Origin: Podarcis tiliguerta
Taxonomy: Eukaryota
NCBI GenBank assembly: GCA_965153285.1
Contig: OZ229112.1
Length of the DNA: 64,000 bases
Reading direction: 5' to 3' (one strand)
Positions 41,001 through 53,000 of this stretch are shown here, one piece after another. Made by a program: the position numbers and the translations under genes. Each line of letters opens with the position of its first letter. Position 1 is the first letter of the stretch. Below the pieces are notes generated by a model, which saw nothing but the letters and a program-made list of their open reading frames with translations, ran no database searches and was not told the DNA's origin.

Positions 41001-44000
41001 TAAGAAACCTACGTACTCAGATGAGCACATTCACTATGGAAATGAAGATGAACGAGCAGAAGGTCCAGCAGCAGCAGTCCCATATTCATGAGCTCAATAG
41101 CAAGATGAAGAAGCTGCAAGATGACTTGCATCAAAAGACCTTGGAGGAACAAATGGCACGCCAAAATGTGGCTTTACTTCAGGAAGAATCCATTGCGTTC
41201 AAGCATTCTGCGGAAGAGTTTAGGAAGAAATTTGAAAAACTCTTGGAAACTCACAACATAGCGGAAAATGACATATCTGGTATCAGGATGGAATGCATCA
41301 CCCTGCAGCAAGAAAACCACATGGCTCAAGACAACATTAGAATGTATAAGCTTCAAATTGAAGACCTGCAAGACAGACTTCAGAAATCCCGTGAGCAGCT
41401 TCAGCAAGGCAAGCACGCAGAAATGGAGTATGTGCAGAAATACCGCAAAATGGAAGAAGAGTTGCAAATGCAGAGGCGGACAGTAGAGAACTTGAAGCAC
41501 CAAATAGACCTGCAGAAAAGAGATCACGGCAATCAGCTGCGTTGGTTTCAGAATGAGATCAACAAAAGGAACATCCAGTTAGACTTTGGGTGGAAGGGAA
41601 ATGGGTTTAGTTACTTGGGAGACACCTCCCCAAGAGATTTTGAACATATTAACCTCTGTACGACCACATCTCCTTTATTAAGAAGGAGACACCTAAGTGG
41701 CTCAAGTTGCAAATCTGAACCGCTGGTTGCACAGAAGTTGCAAACAGTTGCCACTGATTCATTGCAACGAGAGAAGCCATTCCAGTTGTCCGGAGTAACC
41801 CACCAACTGGAAAATGGAATAAGTCAACAGTCCTATGCCGAATATGTTTCCCAGACAAGCACAGAGTTTGAGATAACGGTTGATAAGAGCAACCCTATCA
41901 CAAGAATTTCAGAAATAGATAAATTGAGAGACGGCAAACTCCTCAGTTCCAGGCTTGAAGAGAGTTATGAAGTGGGCTTAGGGAAGCGCCTGCATCCATT
42001 GGAGGTACATGGCACATTTGATGGCGTTTGATATTGCTTGGGTGTTGTTGTTACAACTTTCTGTTCTCCTGTAATCTTCATTGCTTTTCTGTTCTATTTC
42101 TATGTTTTCATCTTATCTGATATCGAACACTTTCTTACATCTGGCACGCATAAATCCGCATTATAACCCCAAGACATTTGCGCAGATGCAGAAGTTGCTT
42201 GCATGTGTGGAAGCAAAAATTTCACCCACCAACACCCACTAAAAGGTTCCCCATTTGTTTAAAAGAGGGGGCCCTACATACCGAAGAGCACACTTCTCTG
42301 CAAAATGGTGTTTGCCGGATAAAAGCAGCAGGCAGAATGATGTGTCTTTACACCATTCTCTGCCCACAGTTGTCCCCACACCCTATGATTTCAACAAGAC
42401 ATGAGGTGGAGGCAAAAAGTGCACTTCTAACCTTAAAAGCTCCCCATCCAACTGCCGAATGATTTTTTGTGGCCTACAGAAGTCCAAGATCTCTCTTTAA
42501 GTATTGTACTGCACATACAACAGGCCTGGCTTCCTAGAATGAAGAAAGAAATTCACAAATCCAAGTTGTTCACATCCGCATTAGATTTTTTAAAGTGGTA
42601 CTTGGAGCAAAAAGGTGCAGTCTCTCATTTTGCCCAAAGGAGTGACCCTGTTCAGGGTTCTCTCAGCAGTTCCCTCCAAACTGGCCATTCCACTCTTCCC
42701 ACGCTGTGTTTTGTTTTTCTTTTCCAGCTGCACTCTGTATTCCATAGCTACTGAGCATGCTCTGAGCATTGTCTCCTTTGAGGGTTTGTTTGGTTTTGCC
42801 CCCTTAGGTTTTAATATATAGTGCTTCTGTGAATCTTGGGGATTTCCTACCTTCATTCACCACCTGAGTTTGCAATTAGAAGGGTGATGATATTGCTAAG
42901 AGATGGTTTCTCTTTTTACACTTTGCTGTCATTCCATCCCACTTTCCTTCTCAAACCAAATTCCATATTGCCAGGGTTAATACAGTTTGCTGATTCTTAG
43001 TGTTTGCTGTTCATATTCTGCATCTCTCCTCCTCTCCCTGTTTATGGGCTAGATTAATAACTTGATGCTATTTTCTAAGTACAGTATCCTTCATTATGTC
43101 AAACAATTCCTATTTACAGAATCTCCAAAATGAAGATTTATCAAAGATCAGTGCCATCTTAGAGGAAAAGCAAGCCAAGGAGGTTGCTCTGATCCCCTCT
43201 GAATATGATAATATCAAATTTCAAGGTCTCCGGCATGATGTAACTGCCAAGCAGTTGATTGAAGTTAAACTTCTAGACCTGAGCACAGCTGAACAGCTTC
43301 ATTCAGGAAAGAAGGCCATTGCTGAGGTTCAAAAAAATCTTGAGAATTTTTTGACTAAGCCTACTGCAATAGCTGGGTTGTATATTGAATCTAGTAAAGG
43401 GAAGGTCTCATTTGCTTCTGCAGCTAAGCAGAGAATAATTGAAAAAGCATCTGTGTTAGCACTGCTTGAGGCCCAGGCCGCCACTGGTTTTATCATTGAC
43501 CCCACAGCAGGTCAGAAATACTCTGTTGATGATTCAGTTGCCAAGGGACTTGTAGATCATGAATACAAAAGCAGGCTTCTTGAGGCAGAAAAGGCAGTTT
43601 TAGGATATCTATTTTCTGGGAAAAAGCTGTCTGTTTATCAAGCAATTGAAACCAGAATCCTTGAAAGGCAGAAAGGCAAAAGTTTTATTGAAGCTCAGAT
43701 AGCAAGTGGAGGTATTATTGACCCTGTGAGAAGTGTCCGTGTGCATCCTGAAGTTGCGGTCCAGCTGGGCTTGCTGAACAACACCGTTCTGAAATTTATA
43801 TATGAACATTCCAGTAATAAAAAAGTCTTCCAGAATCCAAATAATAGGCAAGCCATGTATTATAATGATTTGCTGAAGCTGTGTTTACTTGATATCGGAA
43901 GCAAATGCTTCCTGCTCCCTGTTGGGGAGAGAAAAATAACCACCCCATCTGCTGAAAAAATTCATAAAATATCTGTGGTAGATATTACAAGTGGAGCAGA

Positions 44001-47000
44001 AATGACCTCCTATGAGGCTTATAAAAAGTCCCTGATAGACAAAAGTACCTACCTCCAGCTGTCAGGGCAAGAATTTCAGTGGAAAGAATCCACATGCTTT
44101 GATCACCATGGAAATTCTTACCTTGTGCTGACAGACCTAAAAACTGGAATGCAGTTCAACATTGACGAGGCATTAACTGATGGCAAAGTTGATAGAATGC
44201 TGGTCAGTCAATACAAGGAAGGGCAAATCACAGCCAGTGAGCTTGCGGATGTTTTGTTGAGCAATTCTAAACCACGCACAGATGTCAACAGCCCCATTGC
44301 TGGTGTCTGGCTGCCCGAGACAAATGAGAGAATGCCTCTTCTGAAAGCTGCTCGCAAAAACCTAGTGGAGAGAACCACAGCGCTGAGGTGCCTGGAAGCA
44401 CAAGCAAGTACGGGAGGTATAATTGATCCCTTTACTGGGAAGAGATATAGTGTGGCAGAGGCCTTGCAAAGGGAGCTGATTGATGAGGCATCTGCTAAGC
44501 ACGTCCAGCAGTGTGAACTGGTCTTTACTGGGATTATTCACCCTGTAACAAAGAGTGTTCTGTCAGCCGTTGAAGCAATGAACACAAATGTCCTAGAGAA
44601 AGAAATGGGCACTCGCTGCCTAGAGTATCAACATCTGACTGGTGGGTTGATAGATCCCAAGTCTCATTGCAGATTATCGATGGAAGAAGCTATTAAAAGG
44701 GGCATTATTGATGCCGTCACTGCTACAAAGATGAAAAATGACAAATTCTACTTAAAAGGTATTACGTGTCCCAAGACAAAGAAGAAATTGACGTATAAAG
44801 AAGCCCTTGATAATGCAGTTTTTGACTGCCACACAGGGCTACGATTGCTAGAAGCAGCTGAGCTCATTTCCTCAGGAATTTCTAGTCTGTATTTTTCCTC
44901 ACAGTCATAATTTAACAATGGAAGTTATTAAATTGGCCTGCAGTAATTTAAACCATCTGGCTCATGGAAATGATTCCCTATGATTTAATTGGGTTTTAAA
45001 ATAGGGTTCCTGGCTGATTTCTAAGCAGAACAAAGCATTTTGAGTTTGCTTATGTATAGTTTTCAGCGTACAGTAGATTTAACGTTTCTCCATGCTTGTA
45101 ATTATGATGCACAATTTGATAAGAGTTAAGCACTTCTATGCCCCATTGATTTTGGTGGAAATTTAAGCTAATGCTTTAGTTCTCCTTGAAATCATTAGGA
45201 CCTGAATGTACATAAAACTATCCTTGAATTGTTCCTCTGTGTTGTATAAATGGTATTAGCAGCTTGCTAACTGGGATCATTGTGGTAGCAATGTGTTGCA
45301 GAGTTGTTGTTGTTTTTGCCATTCCAGCTGCTCTTGGGAAATTTTCAGAAGTGAAACAATATGGCCTGTTGCATTTATATCAGTGTATGATGCAATACTA
45401 TCCTGCAAAATAAAAAAAAATCTAGTGTTGGAAGGGACCACAAGTGTCATCTAGTCAAACCCCCTGCAATGCAGGAATATTTTGCCCAACGTGGGGCTCA
45501 GACCCATGACCCTGAGGTTAAGAGTCTCATGCTCCACTGACTGCGCTATCTCCATTGATTCAGCCAAAGTTAAACAGGGAGCTAAGTATGTAAACCCTCC
45601 CATTGAAGTCAATGGCACTTGAATATTTGTGTAGAACTTAATATGCAATATCATAAATAGATTTGTCAGGATGCTTGCTTGCCGGTGTAAAGTTTACTGT
45701 GGTGTGGGTTCTGTCATAAAGACTGGATATTCTTCTAACAGCATGTTTACATGGGAGCAAGCCTCTCTGTGTTAGGTGGCGGTTACGCCTTCGTAACAGC
45801 ACAGTGCTCCCCATGTCTACTCAGAAGAAAGTCCTGCTGAATTTAATGGGTTGTAGTCCTTAAGTGGGGATAGTATTGCAGCCCAAGTTACATGGAGATG
45901 AGATTCTCAGTGACATGGAAATTTCAGAGAAAATGATAGACTTCTGTTACATGATTATTATTTTTCTGGTTTTCCTTCTACTACATGATTCTTTACATTA
46001 AAAAAAACAACCATATTAAACTTAAACCTGAAATAAAGTTGGCTACAAAATTAGTAATTTTCCTTCTCAGGAGAAACATATAAGATGCTATGTTAATTGC
46101 ACAGGATTGAAGTATGTTATTGAATTTCATTGTCTTCTTCAACAACATGATAATCCAGAACTGGGTGTACATCTAATGCAAAGGCTGAGATTTAGAGTGT
46201 TTTTCCTGGCAAACCCTTGCTTAGATTTGGCTTGTGCAGTGGTGGCTGGGAGGTTTCTGTAATGTGAGTTCCATCATCTATGTATATGAATGTGTTTATA
46301 TGTATCATAATGGCTATCTTAGTTTTTTCAGATGCTTTGAATTAATTACTTCAATTTCTTTTTTATTATTGTTTACCTTTTTTTAAAAAAAAAAGCATGC
46401 ATAAGAATGACTATGGTAATGGGGATAAAAAAGAAAGAAAGTAAAAATAAAGCTCATTATCTGGCATCTTCCACAATAAAATTTTTGACGGTGTAACTGT
46501 TTTTCGGGTTGGCTGTAACCTTAATATACCTACAATTTTAAATATATATATATATTTGCAATGCACATTGTTCATCAGAAGTCAGTGGAAGAGGAGAAGA
46601 AAGAACACGTCGAAAAAGCTGGGGACTTACTGAAATGGGTTTCAAACATCACCAAGAGCCTCGGCAAAGGCGGAGGAGAAAAGTCTGAAAAAGCAGATTC
46701 TCCTAAGAAACAGGTATTAAAACACTGCTTGAGAATAGATGCTACCAGATGCATGACACAGTGTTGTTTTGTCTTTAAAGTGCCAAATGTGGCACAAGAA
46801 CATTTCATTGTATTCAGCTTATATTTTACACAAAACCCATTGAACTTCCTGGACCTAAGTTAGTCACGCCTATTGATATCAATGGGTCTGCTCTGAGTAG
46901 GGCTGGCATTGGATACAACCTTCACTTTGAAGTGCTTAAGAACAAATATAATTTACATACTAGTGTTTTTATTTAAATTCACCAGACTACATAACTGATA

Positions 47001-50000
47001 CATGGGTGTTTTTTCCATTCAAGACAAAAAGGAGAAACAGTGTTTGGACAATAATATTCCCTACTTATGATGGGAAATGATAATACCTTCATTCCTTTCC
47101 CACCAAGTGTTCCTGGCTAGTCCTCTGGATGTTAATATGGAGGTGTAATTTTTTTATAAGTTACAGGAGTTGTCAACCTTTGAGGCCCATTCAGAATTCA
47201 TAGAGTGTGTACTATGGGTATGATCCATTTGGTTTTTTAATCTCTTCCAGGTCAGCACATGCTAACCCCCCCCCCCAAGTTCTTTTACATGGGTTCTATG
47301 TAAAAGTTTGTCTGGTAGAATAGAAACAATCCTCTTGAATTTGCATGAGTTTACATGGGATGCTGCCCACAAAAACCTATCAGATTAAAGCTTACAGTAA
47401 TAGACTATATTAAAAATCACAAATCTGGTGTTTGCTAATATCACAGAAATCTGGATCCAAAATACTGCTCTTCATATATTTTCACAGTTTTTACAGAGGA
47501 TCACAGCAAAACTATCAGAGTAGACGAAGAGGTGGCACACGATTTAGTGATGGTTTTGCAGGGATCTCCTGCAGTCGGCAGCCACAAAGCTCTGTTGTTC
47601 GCATCCATCGCAAATGGCACCAGATCCATGATTTTCATGGTTTAGTCAATGGCAACAGATGTGACATGTGATTTGATGGTGGTTAGGTAGGAAAAATTTA
47701 AAAACAGTTTGGAAGGGATCGTTTCCTCACTTCCTGACTCCTGTAGCCTCCCCACTTTTTCCCACTGGCCACTTCCATTTTCTTTCTTTGTCATCCCCGT
47801 TTCCCGCCTAATCAGGGGCTGAATTGAGCCTGTAGAACTAACAGAGGAAATGGGAAAGAGAATGACTCTTCTTGTTTCCTCCTTCAACTCCATTGATGTT
47901 TCAAGAGGGAACCCCATGATGAAGGGGGCAGTGAGACAGGGTGTGTATCAGATTCTTCATGGGAACAAGGGGGCATTCTCAAGGCCACCACTACCTTGGA
48001 AACTCCAGGGACCTCATAAAACCCAATGATTATAGGCCCCAATCACATTGGTTTCCCCAATTTATTAGGGAGTATCAATCACACAATTTAAGTTTATTAT
48101 ATTTTACCCTACACACACACACACACACACCATTTCCAAATGTTACACTGTATTCAAATAAGAGGTGGGGGGGGATATTGGAGGCTGAGTAGAACCTGAA
48201 ATCTCACATCCGCCAAGCGTGTAAGAGTAACTCCCGAACCAAACCCTTGAAATCTGCAGTCAGTCCTGTACCAGCAAGTGATTTGAAGAACTTAAATGAT
48301 ACAATATTTTACTGGTTCCATTGCATAATACCGAGAAACTCTTCAGTCTTTCATACTTGTGTTGTGCCTAATATAACTGGAAATGCATGTGTCCACATGC
48401 ATATTAAACACATGGAGAAAATGCTACACATGACATTACTCAGCGTAGTTTGTCCTTGAGTGCAAGCTGCTGCTTCCAAAAAATGCCAGGACAATCGGTG
48501 GGCAATCTAGATCTGGAACCCTGGCTGTGGGTGGAGTTTAACCTGTTGCCCCTCCTATGTTCCTGATCTTGGGGGACCCCCCAGTATGTGGAATTTGCAT
48601 TGGAGGAAAAGATCTCCCATTGTTACGGACAGATGTCCCCCCCCCCCTGCAAATTGCAGACACATGGTGAGATCCAAATCATGGTCCCAGCATGAGGCAA
48701 AAGGTTAAATACTGCCCCCGCCCCCATCCACCTCACCATGGTCCCATTCTGAATTGGGCTTCCTGTCCTGGCAATTTGTGAAAGAAAAAGCTTGCAGAAA
48801 AGTACAAACTGCCTCGTAAATTGACACGCATCTTTTGGTGCATTTAATTGTATGATTTCCAGAGAAAATTAGCACCAAACAACGAAACACTTTTATATTT
48901 TCATTAGAAAAGCCCTTGCTTGCAGTTTTTTATAGATACAAAAAAGCCACTTATTGAAATCCGCCTCATCGTCATAACGTACAGTGACTAAGAAGCAGTT
49001 TTAAACCCCTGGGTTTGCATTCCCTCTTCACCATGAGGTTAAAATGGGCCACCTGTATCACACGGCAATCTTTTTCTTTCTGTCTAGTTCCTGTAAATTG
49101 TGGCTCACCCAGTATGCTAAATAGCATTTGTAAGGGGGGTATCTTGATTATCTGTATCCATCGTAGTATAGAGTAGCTCCAAGGTGCAGAGATTGTGTGC
49201 ACCAGCAGAACATTTTCACGTGACTTCTGTGAGCAATTATTGGGTGGTGCTCACAATGAGTAAGACTTCCTTCTTCCGGTACTCAGAACAATTTTGGAAC
49301 TATTATAACAAGGTGATGCATTTTAGTTTAGTATATGAAAGCATGGTTCCATGCCCTGTATCCATATACTATGTACCCCATGTAGCACTTTCAAAAAAGA
49401 AATCTGAAATAGACTAGACCAGAATTAATCTGATTAGGTTCACTTCTGTCAGTTCTATGGGATAAGAGAAAGCAGGGATACACTTAAGAATTGGGAACCC
49501 TCATGGTTGAAAAGGTGTGTGTGTGTATAAGGCTCATCCACATTTTCAGCTCTGGTTAGAGTTGGCAATCTATAACTTTTATCCTTGATTTATGGAGAGT
49601 TGCATTTAATATTGTTTGAGAACTCCTGGTTTGGAAATACTTGAGAATAAAAGATCAGTATCCTGGGTAACTATACCATTCACACAAAATCCACAAAGGA
49701 AGTTAAGTGAAGTAGTTGATTTAACTTATTAAAATACTGAAAATGATAGCTTTGAAATTGCATAGACCTCTTTGGTTGCAAGACATCCTGTGAGGGAGTA
49801 ATGTCAGAGCATTTGACTTCACACATCAAGGCTGTTCTTGATCTAGTAGTTGATTATTTACAAACTCTCTAAAACAACTTGGGGAGCATTGGGTCCTCCA
49901 TATGTTCCTGAACTACAACCTCCAGTATCCCTGGCCATTAGCCATTCCTACGGGAGCTGATGGGAGTTGTAGTGCAGCAACATCTCGTTGGAAGCAAAGA

Positions 50001-53000
50001 CCAGAAGAGTTTAGACAAAGGTTTTGAAGAAGGTCACCTAACAAATGTTTTTAATAGTGGGTGTCCGTATTTATACCTGAAATTAATTATGGTTCTCGTG
50101 TTCCCAGTAATCTATAAACACAACCTTAGTGTTTCATAACCAAGCATGTATTTATGGCTCATTAATAAGGGACAAGTTGGCTAAAAATGGATTTGCAATA
50201 TAGGCTATTGCTGTTATTAAAGATACATTGGGTTGTACCTGATGCTGCTGTCACACGTGCTCAAAAGACTTCCCTTTGTACAATAGGCTATGTTGTGTTT
50301 TTATCTTGTATTTTCATACTGTGAACTGCCCTGAGATCTATGGATGGAGGGTGGTATACAAAAGGATAAATAGACTTGCCACCCCCTCTCCCCTGCAACT
50401 CCCTGTACACTCTCAAAATCTGTTTCAGAGGGTTGGGGGACCATGCAAGGTGAGGAAAGGGAAGTCTCCTTGCACAAGCAGAACACTGTTCATACATCGC
50501 TGGATACCACCCATTATGCCCTTGATAATGTTCCTGAAATGCTCACTCCTTTCTCATCTTTTTGCTTTATCTTTTATATACATTTCTTACCCCCACCCCT
50601 TTTTAATTTTATTTCTAGAATGGAGTTGTGAACATATTTTCCTCCTTTTTTCAGATATCTTCTGACGAACTGTTAACCAAGAAAGAACAGATATCAGAAG
50701 CTTTGCAAACAACGCAGACGTTTTTAGCAAAACATGGTGATAAGTAGGTTCATTGTGATTATTGCACTTTAAAATTAGTCTTGCCCTTTCAGAATTTGTG
50801 TTGAGGACGAGTTTCAGCCATTCCATATATAAAATCAGTGTGCAGGCAGCAGATATCACCTAGCTTCAGGAGTTCTTATATGAAATCTGAAACAATGGGG
50901 TGTGGGTAGGTACCGCCCCTTATAAATGGCACCTTACTTAATTGAACTAAAGCAGTTTGCATTAATTAATAGTGGTACTAATAATTGCACTGCTTGTTAC
51001 CAGTGTATCTCTGGGAAAACTGCCCATATGACCTGCCACCACTGCCAAGTTATCAGCTTACAAAGCAAACCTTGTCTCCAGGTCTGCTGGAACATGTCTT
51101 CATAGCATGATGTTGAATTCCACCCTGTATGTTTATTTCTTGAGAGAACAACTAATGTTTAGAAATTGCTAGCACTTCCATTCACATCTTCTATTCCCCC
51201 TCCCAAAAGAATGACAGATGAAGAGAAAAATGAAATGGAAAACCAAGTGAGGTCCCTGCAAGAAGGTTATAAACTGTTGTCCAATGAAGATTTGAAGCAG
51301 TTGCAGCAGGAACAAGATGCAGATAATGAAAACGTGGATGAAAAGGTAGTCAACAGTTTGAGTTATGTTCCTGGCTATAGTATATATGCTTTTCTGAATC
51401 TGATCCATTGCATGGTTTTGGAATTCTGTATGAATACTAAAAACAAAAACCTGCACCGAATTGTGTGTATCACACAAACAAAATCAGAACTAAAAGAATG
51501 ACAGCTTTCGATCGGTTTGTGGAATTATAATTATAGCTGAATGTCTATAAATGGACAAGTGGAAAGTTGTATATGAACAGGCTTTTATACCTTGTGTCTT
51601 GCATGAACTAAGAGCATAGAATCATACATCACTTAACCCTTCTTTTTAAAAGCCATACTTTGAATTCTGTCAAACGTCTGTACTTCAGAAACATGACACC
51701 ACGTGGAAGTTCCATAGCCTCTCTACTCTTCTATATGCTCTCCGATAAGTATTTCAGGAAGTATGCCATATTTACAAAGTTCATTAAATTTCAACTGGGT
51801 ACATCGTTTGGAGTTTATAGTCACATTAACTGTGAGATAATACTTTAAGATCTATTACGCTTGACACTGCCTTTGGAAGGCATTACAAAATGCCTGAGAG
51901 TATATGCAAAGGAAGACTATTCTGCACATACCTCTTAAATGTTGTTCCTAATTGATGACTTTTAATACAACACAGTTGCAGTGCGTTTAAGTAGCTACAA
52001 TACTTGATCCTTATGTGTTTGGGTGTCTATGTAAAAGTGCTGTATGCTGTAAACATGAATAGCATGTGTGTTTTTGTACCACATACTGTTTTCTCAAGAT
52101 ATGCTAACTTCTCACAAAGCACATAGATAGCATGACAGTTTGCCTTTCAGGTACGTGTCTTTTTTGCTCACTATGCAATCATCTACTATTTTATCTTCCA
52201 CTAACCCTCTTGGTGTATGCAGAGCATAGGCTTTTGGTTTACCGATGCATGTTGTGTTTCAATCTTTTATCACACCGTGTGCTGTTGAATCACTGACATC
52301 ACTTCTGCATTGAACTGCTAACATTCACAGTTTGGGTGGAACTCTGGTAAGTAAGTGACTTTATATTGTACATATATCATATTAAAATTCAAAGTTTTAA
52401 TCATTTACCATTCATAAAATGCTGACAATTCTTATTTTTATACTCACTTTTAGGAGGATAAAGTCATAGCTGGCATTATTGATCAAACAACTGGAGAGAT
52501 GTTTTCAGTCTTGCAGTCAATTTATAAAGGCCTCATTGACTATGACACTGGAATTCAGTTACTTCAGAGCCAGCTCATTTTATCAGATATAATTTCACCA
52601 GCCCTGGGAAGAAGTTTTGACCTTGAAGAAGCCAAAGCCCATGAACTTGTCGATGACCAAGCTGTATTGCAACTACAAGGTTTACAGAATGCTAAGATAG
52701 TCATTTCAGAATTGCAATCAGCAGCACTCCCAGTTGTAGCTGCTTTGGAACAAGGTTTAATTTCAGAACCTCTTGCTATTAAAATTCTTGAGATTCAGCT
52801 TTCCAGAGGACACCTGATGATACCAGCCACGGGAGAACAGCTGACTTTGCACAGAGCTTTTCAGAAGAATCTGATCTCTGCAGCATTATACACTAAACTC
52901 CTGGAAAGACGTGACATGAGCAAAGACCTTATTGACCCCAACACTGCAGAGAAGATAACCCTTGAGGAATTGCTTGAAAGAACTGTAGTACATAGAGAAA

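Noticed and set aside
39184-41858. Antisense and alternate-frame ORFs over the rod exon (similarly 54169-57934 over the giant exon)
   Set aside because: Shadow frames caused by the codon bias of the real CDS.
42467-42754. Possible extra BPAG1e linker exon after ggcctacag (42479)
   Set aside because: The phase-0 reading hits TAA after 6 codons, and there is no resemblance to plakin sequence.
45465-45553. tRNA-Lys gene (also the tRNA-Asn-like 5378 and tRNA-Ala-like 35575 sequences)
   Set aside because: Mutated stems and boxes, fused to CR1 tails: these are SINE heads, not functional tRNAs.
45570-46925. Short imperfect palindromes (ccattga...tcaatgg type; also ~13470-13560 and ~60125-60200)
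   Set aside because: They look like common ancient reptile MITE remnants and are too degenerate to delimit or assign.
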